Part shown: piece after piece, positions 28,716 to 38,190 of the stretch
How positions within the stretch are numbered: the first letter of the stretch is position 1
Layout: each line of letters starts with the position of its first letter
Origin: Rhodobacterales bacterium
Lineage (GTDB): Bacteria; Pseudomonadota; Alphaproteobacteria; Rhodobacterales; CAZPXZ01
Assembly (NCBI GenBank): GCA_965219495.1
Contig: OZ244777.1
Span: 163,923-227,922, forward strand
Direction: 5' to 3'
DNA: 64,000 nucleotides
Position numbers and translations under genes: made by a program
Notes under the pieces: model-generated
What the model was told of the DNA's origin: nothing
Databases searched by the model: none
What the model saw: the letters and a program-made list of their open reading frames with translations, nothing else

Positions 28716-29936
28716 ATGCTAAGCCCAAAGAAGATAACATTTCCCGGCTCGCTGGGAGAGAGCCTTGCGGCGCGCTTGGACCTGCCTCCGCAACTTCCCC
28801 GTGCGTACGCAGTTTTCGCGCACTGCTTCACGTGTTCCAAGGACGTATTTGCGGCCTCGAGGGTTTCCGCCGGCTTGGCTTCCCACGGAATCGGTGTGCT
28901 TCGATTTGACTTCACCGGACTGGGACACAGCGACGGCGAGTTTGCGAATACAAATTTCACCAGCAACGTCGCGGATCTGCTGTGTGCGGTCGATTACCTC
29001 CGCGAGCATTGCGAAGCGCCTCGCATTCTTGTCGGGCATAGCCTGGGGGGCGCGGCGGTGCTCTCGGCGGGGCGTCACGTTCCTGAAGCGGACGCGATTG
29101 TCACGATTGGGGCGCCGTTCGAACCTGCGCACGTCGCTCATCATTTTTCACGCAGTCTCGATGAAATTCGTCGCAAGGGTTCGGCAGAAGTCAGGTTGGG
29201 AGGCAGGCCGTTCACCGTTACGCAAGACTTTCTAGATGATATCGGCAAACAGAAGCAGGAAACGGCGATCGGGAGCTTGGGTAAGGCATTGCTTGTCATG
29301 CATGCGCCTCGGGACGAGATTGTAGGCGTTTCGAACGCGGCGGAGATTTTTGACGCCGCGAAGCACCCCAAGAGTTTTGTCTCTCTCGACAATGCCGACC
29401 ACCTGCTTACAAGTCGCGAGGACGCAAGTTACGCCGCGGAAGTAATCTCGGCTTGGTCGAGCAGGTTTGTTGCCGGGAAAGACACGGTTGGCCCAGACTC
29501 GGAGCCGGGGCAAGTGCGCGTATCAGAGACTGGGATGGGTAAGTTTGTTCAGCGAATCTCTGCGAACGGACGTCATTCGCTCCTTGCCGATGAACCGACC
29601 GACGCGGGCGGAGATGATGTTGGTCCGACGCCGTACGACTTGCTCTTGGCCGCGCTTGGGGCATGTTCGACAATGACCATGCGGCTCTACGCGGAACGCA
29701 AGAATTTGCCGCTCCGGCACGTAGAGGTCACGCTCAGTCATGAAAGAGTTCATGCATCGGACTGCCAGGAATGTGAAACCGTTGAAGGAATAATCGAGCG
29801 AATCAAGCGGATAATTCGGGTTGAAGGGAATCTTGATGAAGCATCACGAGCATCTATCCTGAAAATTGCGGATAAATGTCCGGTACACCGAACGTTGTGT
29901 TCTCGGGTCCATATCGATACTTCATTTGGGGATTAA
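28716..29936 (+). CDS. Bifunctional alpha/beta hydrolase - OsmC family protein
   Basis: FAHCFTCSKD, RFDFTGLGHSDG, GHSLGG nucleophile, SLDNADHLL; then ADEP...GPTPYDLLLAALGACSTMT and ADKCPVHRTL. Confidence 0.93.
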   Translation: MLSPKKITFPGSLGESLAARLDLPPQLPRAYAVFAHCFTCSKDVFAASRVSAGLASHGIGVLRFDFTGLGHSDGEFANTNFTSNVADLLCAVDYLREHCEAPRILVGHSLGGAAVLSAGRHVPEADAIVTIGAPFEPAHVAHHFSRSLDEIRRKGSAEVRLGGRPFTVTQDFLDDIGKQKQETAIGSLGKALLVMHAPRDEIVGVSNAAEIFDAAKHPKSFVSLDNADHLLTSREDASYAAEVISAWSSRFVAGKDTVGPDSEPGQVRVSETGMGKFVQRISANGRHSLLADEPTDAGGDDVGPTPYDLLLAALGACSTMTMRLYAERKNLPLRHVEVTLSHERVHASDCQECETVEGIIERIKRIIRVEGNLDEASRASILKIADKCPVHRTLCSRVHIDTSFGD

Positions 29937-29957
29937 ACAAATTGAAGCAAGTGCTTA

Positions 29958-29986
29958 TTGACTAGGCACCTAGGTCGGGGAATACT
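29958..29986 (+). promoter_or_regulatory. Candidate sigma70 promoter for the zapA operon
   Basis: TTGACT-N17-AATACT, 45 bp upstream of the GTG at 30031. Confidence 0.45.
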
Positions 29987-30030
29987 TCTAGAGGTACGGC
30001 CCTCGTTTCAATTGTGGAATCGGTAGGCAG

Positions 30031-30312
30031 GTGGAGATGGTTCATTCCGCTGAGAAGATGGAAGTAGCGACCAATTCGCAAGAACTGCTCTCGGAAGCTC
30101 TCAAGGATCTTGGCGAGTCCGTGGGTTTACTCAGGATCCAGTTGTCGAAGAGAATTCAAAGTGACACCGACCGTTTGCGGCATCATGCGGAAGTAATTGC
30201 AGAATTGAGATTGTGCCTAGAAGAGGAACGGGCGCTCAGACATGAAGCGGCTTCGAACTTGGCCAAGACAGCAGACGCCCTGGAGAGATTGATCAAAGGG
30301 AAGGGCGGCTAG
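30031..30312 (+). CDS. Hypothetical coiled-coil protein (in the DUF4164/ZapB-like position)
   Basis: Helical, charged 93-aa ORF immediately before zapA; assignment rests on synteny only. Confidence 0.55.
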   Translation: MEMVHSAEKMEVATNSQELLSEALKDLGESVGLLRIQLSKRIQSDTDRLRHHAEVIAELRLCLEEERALRHEAASNLAKTADALERLIKGKGG

Positions 30313-30314
30313 GA

Positions 30315-30608
30315 ATGCGAGAGCTGGAAGTTCGAGTTCTCGAGCGGAACTACACTTTAACAACGGAAGCAGAAACCGCCAAACGGGTTCGCATGCAAGT
30401 GGGCAGGCTTGATCGTCACGCGCATGCCCTGTCTTCGGAGCTTGGATTCGTGTCAGAGTCCCTGTTGATCCTGATGGCCGCAGTGCAGGCACTTGATGAA
30501 GTCGAATCTGCGGTGGAAGAACAGGATAATATCTTGGTCGAATCTTCCAATTCGATCCACAGTATCTCACGACAAATTCGGGAACTCGCGGCGGAACTGT
30601 CCGCGTGA
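30315..30608 (+). CDS. zapA: Cell division protein ZapA-like
   Basis: MRELEVRVLERNYTL...LLILMAAVQALDE; directly upstream of 6S RNA and the 5-FCL gene. Confidence 0.75.
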   Translation: MRELEVRVLERNYTLTTEAETAKRVRMQVGRLDRHAHALSSELGFVSESLLILMAAVQALDEVESAVEEQDNILVESSNSIHSISRQIRELAAELSA

Positions 30609-30682
30609 AAGGTTTCAGGACGACGGTCATCTCTCGTGCCGCAAGCCTTGTCGGCCGAATCGAAGAACGGTACGTTTCGAGG

Positions 30683-30843
30683 GCGGGTACTGTCCTTCGC
30701 GTTTTCAGTGCGAATCCTGGGGGCCCTAGTATCGTTCTTGCGGGAGACATCCCTGCCAGTCGCCGTGGCATCTGGCAAAAGTCGCCCACCTGGTTTTCAG
30801 GCTCGCGAGGATTGCCGCAGTTGAACGGTTGCGACGGTCCCGC
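30683..30843 (+). ncRNA. ssrS: 6S RNA (ssrS)
   Basis: Sits between zapA and 5-FCL. Terminal pairing GCGGGTACTGTC/GACGGTCCCGC and CCTTCGCG/CGCGAGG, with alphaproteobacterial-type core CGGGAGACATCCCTG...CCGTGG...GTCGCCCACCTG. Ends approximate. Confidence 0.8.
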
Positions 30844-30878
30844 ATTGGGAATCACTTGCCGGTGAATCGAGAATATTC

Positions 30879-31454
30879 TTGGAAATCGGCGAACGAAAGA
30901 TTTTGCTCCGTTCGGAGTGCAAGCACCGAAGGGATGCAGCAGCCCGAACGAATCCGGACGCGTCCCGGAGGGCTGGTCAAAGGTTGCTGGAACTTCTGGC
31001 GGATGTAACGAGCTGTGTGATCGCCGGGTACAGGCCAATTTACTCCGAACTCAATCCAACATGTGCACTCGAAAGGCTATTGGACCAAGGTGCTCAGTTG
31101 TGCCTGCCTGTCGTCATAGCGAAGGAACAAGCGCTGGAGTTCCATCGTTGGAAATGCGGTGAACCTCTTAAAACTGGAGCTTTTGGTGTACAAGTTCCGC
31201 GGCGCGGGAAACGCTGCATTCCAGAGCATATCGTTGTTCCTCTGCTTGGATGGGATCGTACGGGAGCACGACTCGGCTACGGGGGCGGCTATTATGATCG
31301 CACACTTCGCGAACTCCGCATGGCGGGTTCGCTGAATTTGGCAATCGGATTCGCATTTGCCGCACAGGAAGTACCGACCATGCCTCGTGCCCCCGTCGAC
31401 GAGTTGCTGGATGCCGTTGTGACCGAAAAAGAAACCGCAATATTTGGATCCTAA
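30879..31454 (+). CDS. 5-formyltetrahydrofolate cyclo-ligase
   Basis: TTG start; IVVPLLGWDRTGARLGYGGGYYDRTL. Confidence 0.93.
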   Translation: MEIGERKILLRSECKHRRDAAARTNPDASRRAGQRLLELLADVTSCVIAGYRPIYSELNPTCALERLLDQGAQLCLPVVIAKEQALEFHRWKCGEPLKTGAFGVQVPRRGKRCIPEHIVVPLLGWDRTGARLGYGGGYYDRTLRELRMAGSLNLAIGFAFAAQEVPTMPRAPVDELLDAVVTEKETAIFGS

Positions 31455-32275
31455 TGCGAATCTTGTTTGTCAGCGACGTGGTTGGAAACGGTGGTCGCCG
31501 CATTGTTTGTGACGAACTGCCTTCGCTTCGCGATTGCTTGCAAGTCGACTTTGTGGTCGTGAACGGAGAGAATGCCGCGCACGGTAGGGGCATCTCGCCG
31601 AGATTGGCAAGCAAGTTATTTGACGCCGGCGCCGACGTGATCACATTGGGCAATCACGCGTTTGACGAAGCTTCCATATTGGTTCACCTGGAACGCGAAA
31701 ACAGGATATTGCGTCCAGTGAACATAGCGCGCGGCGCGCCTGGCGCGGAATTCGGGATTTATCCGGTTTCGGACGGCAGATCGATTCTGGTCATTAGCGC
31801 GCTGGGGCGGAAATACATGGAGGAACTTTATGGTAACCCATTCTCGGACGTTGACGAACTGATCACCGAAAACGCGCTTGGACGTGAGGTCAACGCGACA
31901 GTGCTGGACTTTCACGCAGAGGCCACATCCGAGAAGATGGCGATGGGGCATTGGTGCGATGGCAGGGTGAGCCTGGTGGTTGGAACCCACACGCATGTGC
32001 CGACCGCCGACGCGCGTGTTCTTAGGGGAGGCACTGGGTACATGACGGACGTAGGAATGTGCGGAAATTTCGATTCGGTGATTGGATACGAGAAGACCGA
32101 GCCTCTCAGGAGATTTGTTACCGGCATGCGTGGGGGAAGATTCGAACCCGACACCAAGAACCCCACGCTATGCGCTATATTTGCGGTTACGGATGACACG
32201 ACGGGATTAGCCACCAAAGTTTCTCCAATCCAGGTCGGGGGAGACCTAGAGCGGATCCTTCCAGAAGACATCTAG
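31454..32275 (+). CDS. TIGR00282/YmdB-family metallophosphoesterase
   Basis: SDVVG, NGENAAHGRG, TLGNHAFD, DFHAEATSEK and GTHTHVPTAD. Confidence 0.93.
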   Translation: MRILFVSDVVGNGGRRIVCDELPSLRDCLQVDFVVVNGENAAHGRGISPRLASKLFDAGADVITLGNHAFDEASILVHLERENRILRPVNIARGAPGAEFGIYPVSDGRSILVISALGRKYMEELYGNPFSDVDELITENALGREVNATVLDFHAEATSEKMAMGHWCDGRVSLVVGTHTHVPTADARVLRGGTGYMTDVGMCGNFDSVIGYEKTEPLRRFVTGMRGGRFEPDTKNPTLCAIFAVTDDTTGLATKVSPIQVGGDLERILPEDI

Positions 32276-32316
32276 ACATTGGGGCCGGAGTAGGGCGTTG
32301 CGGCAGGGGGCCGTTT

Positions 32317-33066
32317 GTGGCAGGACATTCGCAATTCAAGAACATCATGCACCGGAAGGGTGCCCAGGATAAGAAGCGCGCCAAAGTTTTTGCCCGTCTG
32401 GTGCGGGAAATAGCCGTTGCGTCTCGCTTTGGGGGTACGGACCCGAATTCCAACTCACGGCTGAGATTCGCCATTCAGGAAGCACGCGGACAGAACATGC
32501 CGAAGGACACGATCGAGCGGGCGATTCGAAAAGCTGAAGGAGGAACAGCCGAGGATTACGCAGAAGTCACGTATGAGGGGTATGGACCGGGAGGAGTTGG
32601 ATTTGTCGTGGAGGCGCTGACCGACAATCGCAATCGGACGGCGGCAAGTGTTCGAACGAGATTTGGCAAGTGTGGAGGTTCACTGGCAGAGGGCGGCGCG
32701 GTTATATTTCAATTCGAGCAAGTAGGGGAAATCACATTTGACCGCGACGTTGCGGATGAAGAAGTCATTTTGGAGGCGGCGATCGAGTCCGATGCGATTG
32801 ACGCCATTTCGGAAGATCACGGCCACCGAGTTGTTTGCAGCCGAAAGGACCTGACGGGAGTTGCAGACAAATTAGAAATACTGTTGGGTGCCGCTCCCTC
32901 GAGTACCCGTCTAGTTTGGTCGCCTCGCCACACGGTGAAGGTCGCTGAAGAAAAAGCGGCAGAGGTGCTACGCCTATTTGAATTGCTGAATGACGATGAT
33001 GATGTTCAGGAAGTCTTTGCCAATTTTGATCTGCCCGAAGAACTCATCGAAAGACTGGCTGCGTAA
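32317..33066 (+). CDS. yebC: YebC/PmpR family protein
   Basis: GTG start; MAGHSQFKNIMHRKG, YEGYGPGG and TDNRNRTA. Confidence 0.95.
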   Translation: MAGHSQFKNIMHRKGAQDKKRAKVFARLVREIAVASRFGGTDPNSNSRLRFAIQEARGQNMPKDTIERAIRKAEGGTAEDYAEVTYEGYGPGGVGFVVEALTDNRNRTAASVRTRFGKCGGSLAEGGAVIFQFEQVGEITFDRDVADEEVILEAAIESDAIDAISEDHGHRVVCSRKDLTGVADKLEILLGAAPSSTRLVWSPRHTVKVAEEKAAEVLRLFELLNDDDDVQEVFANFDLPEELIERLAA

Positions 33067-33107
33067 GTCGTACTACGCCGCAGTGTTCGTATTGGACGGA
33101 CGGCAAA

Positions 33108-33434
33108 ATGACAAGGAACCCGCACATACCAAAGGGTACGGTTCATGACCCAAGAGGACTGATACAGGAGTCATTTCGCATGCGGGGGCTGAGCGAGGAA
33201 GCGTGCCGCTCAATCTTCTTCGACTGGGCCCTGGGTTTGCCGGATGAAACCAATGCACGGGACGCGATCCGAGAGTTACTGAAACTGTATGCCGAAATTG
33301 AAGATCAACATCCCATGAAGATGCTGTTGAGAGAGGGCCTTGAAAGAATTCCGGTGCAACGAATGCGTCGAGGGTGCACGCTTCGGCGTCGGAGGCCGGA
33401 AACAGTTCCAGACGATGACAAAACGGTTGCGTGA
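33108..33434 (+). CDS. Conserved-looking hypothetical protein
   Basis: DPRGLIQESFRM...CRSIFFDWALGLP...HPMKMLLREGL resembles a Rhodobacterales hypothetical family (from recall). Confidence 0.6.
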   Translation: MTRNPHIPKGTVHDPRGLIQESFRMRGLSEEACRSIFFDWALGLPDETNARDAIRELLKLYAEIEDQHPMKMLLREGLERIPVQRMRRGCTLRRRRPETVPDDDKTVA

Positions 33435-33610
33435 AACGAAAACGGGCGTATACGGCGATGTTTCGGCTCCGAAGATACTGTTTTGCACTCCCTGACAACG
33501 GCACAAGTTCTCCAATCAACCGCGGCTTGCGTTGAACGAAGAAGTTCAACAAGGACTTGAGATATCCCAGCCTATTCCATCGCCCGAAAGATTTTACGCG
33601 GCGGAAAAGT

Positions 33611-34222
33611 TCAAGGTATCACTCCAATGAGAACCAACGGTACTGCGGGCACGCCGCGTCCCTAGCGAAGGACATTGAGAAGGTCGCGCTCATAGTACGG
33701 TACACCGGACGACATTTCGCGTTCCAATTCCTTCATGGGAAGAATTTCGATTCCAACGTCAATAATATCAGATACGCAGAAGCTTGGATGCTTCACGAAC
33801 AGGTCATGAGCGACGAACGCGTACTTTCCGAATTGTATTTCGACGGCAACGCGATTCTTCACAAAATCGGTTTGGTTGTAAGACATTATTGGCGTGTAAC
33901 CAGCCTCTTCGATCGCGCTCTTTTGCTGTTCTCCCGACAATCCGTGGATTCCACGCAGGAGCTTTTCATTGTGTGTTACCCAAAACGCAGCTCTCCGCTC
34001 CGTTCAGCCGAGGGACTGCAATCCCCTCTTGAAAGCCAAGTTCATTTCCACCGGAGAAAACAGCAGTCGGCCCACTTGCACCTTTTCTCGCGATTCCTTC
34101 GTTCGGCATGACCCCGCATCAACGTTGGCGATCACTTCTCGAACGTCTCTCCACAGATTTGGATGATGGACGAGCAAGTACTGTTCACCGTTCAAATGCG
34201 AGTATCGGGCCTTAATCCGCAT
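33611..34222 (-). pseudogene. BglII/BstYI-family type II restriction endonuclease with two in-frame stops
   Basis: One frame of 203 codons: YSHLNG...LG[TGA 34004-34006]TERR...NQTDFVKNRVAVEIQFGKY...EILPMKEL..EMSSGVPYYE...LR[TAG 33662-33664]GRGVPAVPLVLIGVIP*. Confidence 0.85.
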
Positions 34223-35166
34223 TGGTGGCCGCCACGCGGCTGCGAAGGATCATATATCGGCTTCCCCATCGGACGTGTGCGCAATGTCCCAGCATGGAAC
34301 TGCTGTACGCGGTTGCGGGCAATTTCTACATACTCAGGAACGGTATCGCAGCCGTAGGCCATTCGCCCATGCATGAACGCAGCGATCACCGATGATCCAA
34401 CCCCCATGTATGGGTCGAATACGGCGTCGTCAACGTCGGTCATGGAAAGAACTAGACGTTCAACCAGTTCGACGGGGAACTGGCAGGGATGAATCGTTTT
34501 TTCCGGGTGATTGTTCTTGACGTTTGGGAATTCCCAAACGTCGCTAGGGTTCTTGCCCTTCGGATTCCCGGACAGCTTGCCAACATTCGGCCCTTTGAAG
34601 TGACGTTTGTGCGGATACTTGGCAGGAACACGTATCCGGTCGAGGTGCCAAGTGTAATCGGCGCTCTTTGTCCACCAGTTGATTGTTTCATACCGGCCGG
34701 AAAGGCGCCTTGTGCAGTGCAAACCGTGGCCAAAACTCCATACGATTCGATTTCGAAGCTTTAATCCAAGGTCGCGGAACAAGGGATACAGAATGCTGTC
34801 AAGAGGAATGATTTCTCCTTCGTGGACATAGTTTCCGACCTGCCAGCAGATTGAGCCCTTCGGATGCAGTACACGCACACAATCCGTAATCACCCGTTCT
34901 TGGGTATCCAGATAGGCGTCCAGTGGTGCCCTGTCTTCGTACTCCTTTCCCAGATTATATGGCGGCGAGGTCACAACGAGTTTGATCGTCTCGTCCGAAA
35001 ATTTGCGCGTGAAGACAAGGTTGTCTTCGCAAGCGAGTTCGGGTTCATTCCTCAACGGAAATTCCTCCGCTTGCCCAGAGGACGCTTCCAGGGAAAAGTC
35101 CCCAGGTACTGCTTCCTCGGGAGAAGAGGGGCACGTTCTCGCTCCGCTGGAAGTATGAATTTCCAT
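34192..35166 (-). CDS. N4-C/N6-A DNA methyltransferase (beta arrangement)
   Basis: Catalytic VTSPPYN precedes HPCQFP and the SAM-binding VFDPYMGVGSS; overlaps the endonuclease start by 31 bp. Confidence 0.92.
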   Translation of the reverse strand: MEIHTSSGARTCPSSPEEAVPGDFSLEASSGQAEEFPLRNEPELACEDNLVFTRKFSDETIKLVVTSPPYNLGKEYEDRAPLDAYLDTQERVITDCVRVLHPKGSICWQVGNYVHEGEIIPLDSILYPLFRDLGLKLRNRIVWSFGHGLHCTRRLSGRYETINWWTKSADYTWHLDRIRVPAKYPHKRHFKGPNVGKLSGNPKGKNPSDVWEFPNVKNNHPEKTIHPCQFPVELVERLVLSMTDVDDAVFDPYMGVGSSVIAAFMHGRMAYGCDTVPEYVEIARNRVQQFHAGTLRTRPMGKPIYDPSQPRGGHQCGLRPDTRI

Positions 35167-35345
35167 CAAGGATTTCCTGGTGAGCGCAAATTCCGTTGTT
35201 GTTTTCCGGTCAGATTGCAGATTACCTCGTGCAACTTGACGAAATATCCTGTTTCAAACATGTTGACGTTGCGGGGAATCTCGCAATTTCTGGGCCACTT
35301 GCCAGATCTTGCTGCCAGACCGACAGAGAAACGGGAATTGCCGGA

Positions 35346-35419
35346 TGGCTGGGGGACCAGGATTCGAACCTGGACTGACGGAGTCAGAGTCCGCTGTTCT
35401 GCCGTTAAACTATCCCCCA
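35346..35419 (-). tRNA. tRNA-Gln(CTG)
   Basis: TGGGGGATAGTTTAACGGCAGAACAGCGGACTCTGACTCCGTCAGTCCAGGTTCGAATCCTGGTCCCCCAGCCA: cloverleaf, anticodon CTG, encoded CCA. Confidence 0.97.
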
Positions 35420-35438
35420 AGACAGCGGCGAAGTTTCT

Positions 35439-35813
35439 TCACTGCACGTTCGATTCCCGGACGCGGTCGGCAGCAGCCCGATCGAAAGGGATTTCCTTGT
35501 CGCCTAGCACTGTATCAAGTTCTCCCGACATGGTCATTTCGGTGATAATGTCGCATCCGCCAACGAATTCCCCTTTCACATAAAGTTGAGGGATCGTTGG
35601 CCAATTCGTGAAGTCCTTGATTGCTTCCCTCATGCTATCGTTCTCCAATACGTTGACATCTTGGAATTCGACGCCGAGGTACTGGAGGATGGAGGCGACC
35701 CGGCTGGAAAACCCGCATTGCGGGGAATTCCGGGTCCCTTTCATGAACAGAACGACGTTATTCTTGTTAACAATCGATCGAATTTCATCGAGAGTCGGGT
35801 TTGAGTCATTCAT
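35439..35813 (-). CDS. grxD: Monothiol glutaredoxin Grx4
   Basis: FMKG..PQCGFS, WPTIPQLYVKGEFVGGCDI. Confidence 0.96.
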   Translation of the reverse strand: MNDSNPTLDEIRSIVNKNNVVLFMKGTRNSPQCGFSSRVASILQYLGVEFQDVNVLENDSMREAIKDFTNWPTIPQLYVKGEFVGGCDIITEMTMSGELDTVLGDKEIPFDRAAADRVRESNVQ

Positions 35814-35822
35814 GACAAGCTC

Positions 35823-36056
35823 CTATTCGGGAACGGCTGTCTGCAACGCCAGAGCGTGAAGTTCGTTTCCCATTCTTCCTTTGAGTGCCGCGTAAACCAT
35901 TTGATGCTGTTGCACACGGTTCTTGCCTCGAAAAGACTCGGATATGATCGAGGCCGCATAGTGGTCTTCGTCGGATGCCAGAGCCCGGATCTCAATATCC
36001 GCATCAGGAAATGCATCCTGAATCAGGCTCCTAATTTCCGCGACCGGCATCGGCAT
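35823..36056 (-). CDS. BolA/IbaG family protein
   Basis: DEDHYAASIIS..F.GKNRVQQHQMVY...LHALAL; next to grxD. Confidence 0.92.
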   Translation of the reverse strand: MPMPVAEIRSLIQDAFPDADIEIRALASDEDHYAASIISESFRGKNRVQQHQMVYAALKGRMGNELHALALQTAVPE

Positions 36057-36593
36057 CGTAGTTTGCCTCCCAGCAACAGTTGAGATCGTCTAACTGATGT
36101 AATCTGCGGAGTCGCTCCACGCAACAGCCCGGAACGGATTTGTTGCGGTCGATAGCGAGAGGCAGATCGCCAAATGCTGCGGGGACTGCCGTATGCTAGG
36201 GGCTTCATATTTGATCTTCAGGGTAGATTCCAAGAAGTTGGCTTTCGATTAGGCGGGAGGACAAGGACTGCCAGCAAGGTAGTGTCGGAGTGTGGAAATG
36301 CGAGTGAGGCGAATTCGCGGGACGAATCAACTCACCATCCGGCGACGGGCGATAATGATCTTGCGTTCTCTGAGAAAGCCCTCTCGGCTTTCCAGTAGTC
36401 TCGAAGGCGTGCCGTTCATCATGAGATGCCGAATTTTTCAGACACGTTTCCAGCGGAAACAGTTTCCTCTCAAGAACCATCGCCGATAGTTGTCGCCATC
36501 AGAGACTCGAACCGGCCGGCAAACCGATCGTGCACCAAATCCCGTGTTGTCAATTTCGACGGAATCTGATCGCCGCCCGACCTCATTTGACCG

Positions 36594-37370
36594 CTAGTTG
36601 ATAGAGCGGTGGACAATTCGAGGCTCAGGGGTCGCGACTGCATCGCTGGATTTGAAGACGCCCAACCGACGGGCAACTTCTGAATAAGCCTCAATCAAAT
36701 CCCCCAGATCTCGTCGAAACGCATCCTTGTCGAGATGCTGCCCCGTATTGATGTCCCAGAGCCGACAGGTGTCGGGGCTAATTTCGTCAGCAACGATGAC
36801 GCGTTCCATGTCATTCTGCCATTCGCGCCCGCATTCAATCCTAAAATCCGCCAGCCGGATGCCCGCACCGAGGAACAAGCCTGACAGAAAGTCGTTTACG
36901 CGGACCGCGAGAGAAATCATATCGTCGATTTCGTGATGGTTTGCCCAGTTGAACGCGAGAATGTGGTCTTCGTTTACAAGCGGGTCCGCGAGTTCGTCAC
37001 TCTTGTAGTAGAACTCCACAATAGTGCGCGGAAGCGGTTCACCTTCTTCAATTCCCAGTCGCTTTGCGAAAGTCCCGGCCGCGATATTGCGAACTACGAC
37101 CTGGAGCGGGATGATCTCGACAGCTCGAATGAGTTGCTCGCGCATGTTCAGGCGGCGAAGAAAGTGCGTCGGAACTCCAATGCGGTTCAAGTTCGACATC
37201 ACGTGTTCGCAAATACGATTGTTGAGCACGCCCTTTCCGTCGATCACCCGGTGTTTCTTGGTGTGAACGTCCGTCGCATCGTCCTTGAAATGCTGGACGA
37301 GCGTTCCAGCTTCGGGGCCTTCATAGAGAATCTTGGCCTTGCCTTCGTACACCACTCTGCGCCGGGCCAT
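36594..37370 (-). CDS. purC: SAICAR synthase
   Basis: [28 protein letters not shown] and [13 protein letters not shown]; start trimmed to ATG 37370. Confidence 0.96.
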   Translation of the reverse strand: MARRRVVYEGKAKILYEGPEAGTLVQHFKDDATDVHTKKHRVIDGKGVLNNRICEHVMSNLNRIGVPTHFLRRLNMREQLIRAVEIIPLQVVVRNIAAGTFAKRLGIEEGEPLPRTIVEFYYKSDELADPLVNEDHILAFNWANHHEIDDMISLAVRVNDFLSGLFLGAGIRLADFRIECGREWQNDMERVIVADEISPDTCRLWDINTGQHLDKDAFRRDLGDLIEAYSEVARRLGVFKSSDAVATPEPRIVHRSIN

Positions 37371-37470
37371 GCTACTCTCCGTTTCCAGCGTGGCTGGACT
37401 GTCTCGGCACGCCGTGTATGTGTATAAGTATACGCTTGCGACACCGCAAGCCGATGGGAGTTTACGTGCC

Positions 37471-37794
37471 ATGAGTACATTCGACGAACGTAAGGATCAG
37501 TTCGAAAAGCGATTTGCGCATGACGCGCAACTCAGGTTTAAAGCAGAAGCCAGGCAGGCAAAACTCTTTGGGACTTGGGTGGCGGACAGGCTCGGCCTGC
37601 AAGGCGAGGCCGCGGACCGTTACGCAGGCGATGTGGTGGTCAGCAATCTCAAGGAAGAAGGTATTGAGGATATTCTGGAGAAGGTCATCCCGGACTTGGA
37701 GAGTGGGGGCCTGGACATTCCGGAAGAAGAGCTTCGCGAGCGACTAGAGGAATTCTTGCAGGTGGCCATGGAGCAGGTGGCGTCGGAATCTTGA
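37471..37794 (+). CDS. DUF1476 domain protein
   Basis: [28 protein letters not shown]; divergent from purC as in other alphaproteobacteria. Confidence 0.88.
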   Translation: MSTFDERKDQFEKRFAHDAQLRFKAEARQAKLFGTWVADRLGLQGEAADRYAGDVVVSNLKEEGIEDILEKVIPDLESGGLDIPEEELRERLEEFLQVAMEQVASES

Positions 37795-38190
37795 ACACGG
37801 CTTCCGGTTTCATCGCAAACCGGTGACGATGCCTGTTGCCGCCGACCGGATGCAGGATTCGCGCATGCTTCGTTTGGAGCGTCGTCTTGCATAACTCGAT
37901 CCGCAAGAATAACCAGGGTGGATCAATTGAGGTCTCTTGAAGAGGTCCACTCGAATTGTGTCCAGCACCGGACTCGCGACTATGGGTATAGTCTCGGGTA
38001 GTAGGCGGCGTCAGGTAGAATTGTAGGTCGCTCTACGTTGTCAGACCGGGGTGCGCGGGCACGCCCATGCAGCGGAATGGCAGGTTCAGGGCAGCCGCCT
38101 TTTTATTGGCTTTCATGCCGCAAAACATTTTCTCCCGCCGAACGAATCGGGAATTGGATGTTCGCGGTTTCTCCGTACTGGGATTCTGGC

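Noticed and set aside
33435-33610. att-site duplication of the tRNA-Gln 3' end bounding the R-M islet
   Set aside because: No copy of the tRNA 3' sequence found; only a GTTGAAC-N6-GTTCAAC hairpin (33531-33550), with no T tail and no integrase.
33611-34222. Stop-codon recoding (TGA=Trp, TAG=Gln) to explain in-frame stops in the endonuclease and PTA/PTB
   Set aside because: Many intact core genes here end in TGA (hflK, hflC, mce) or TAG (purC, ilvC) at their expected positions, so code 11 applies. The neighbouring tRNA-Gln has an ordinary CTG anticodon.
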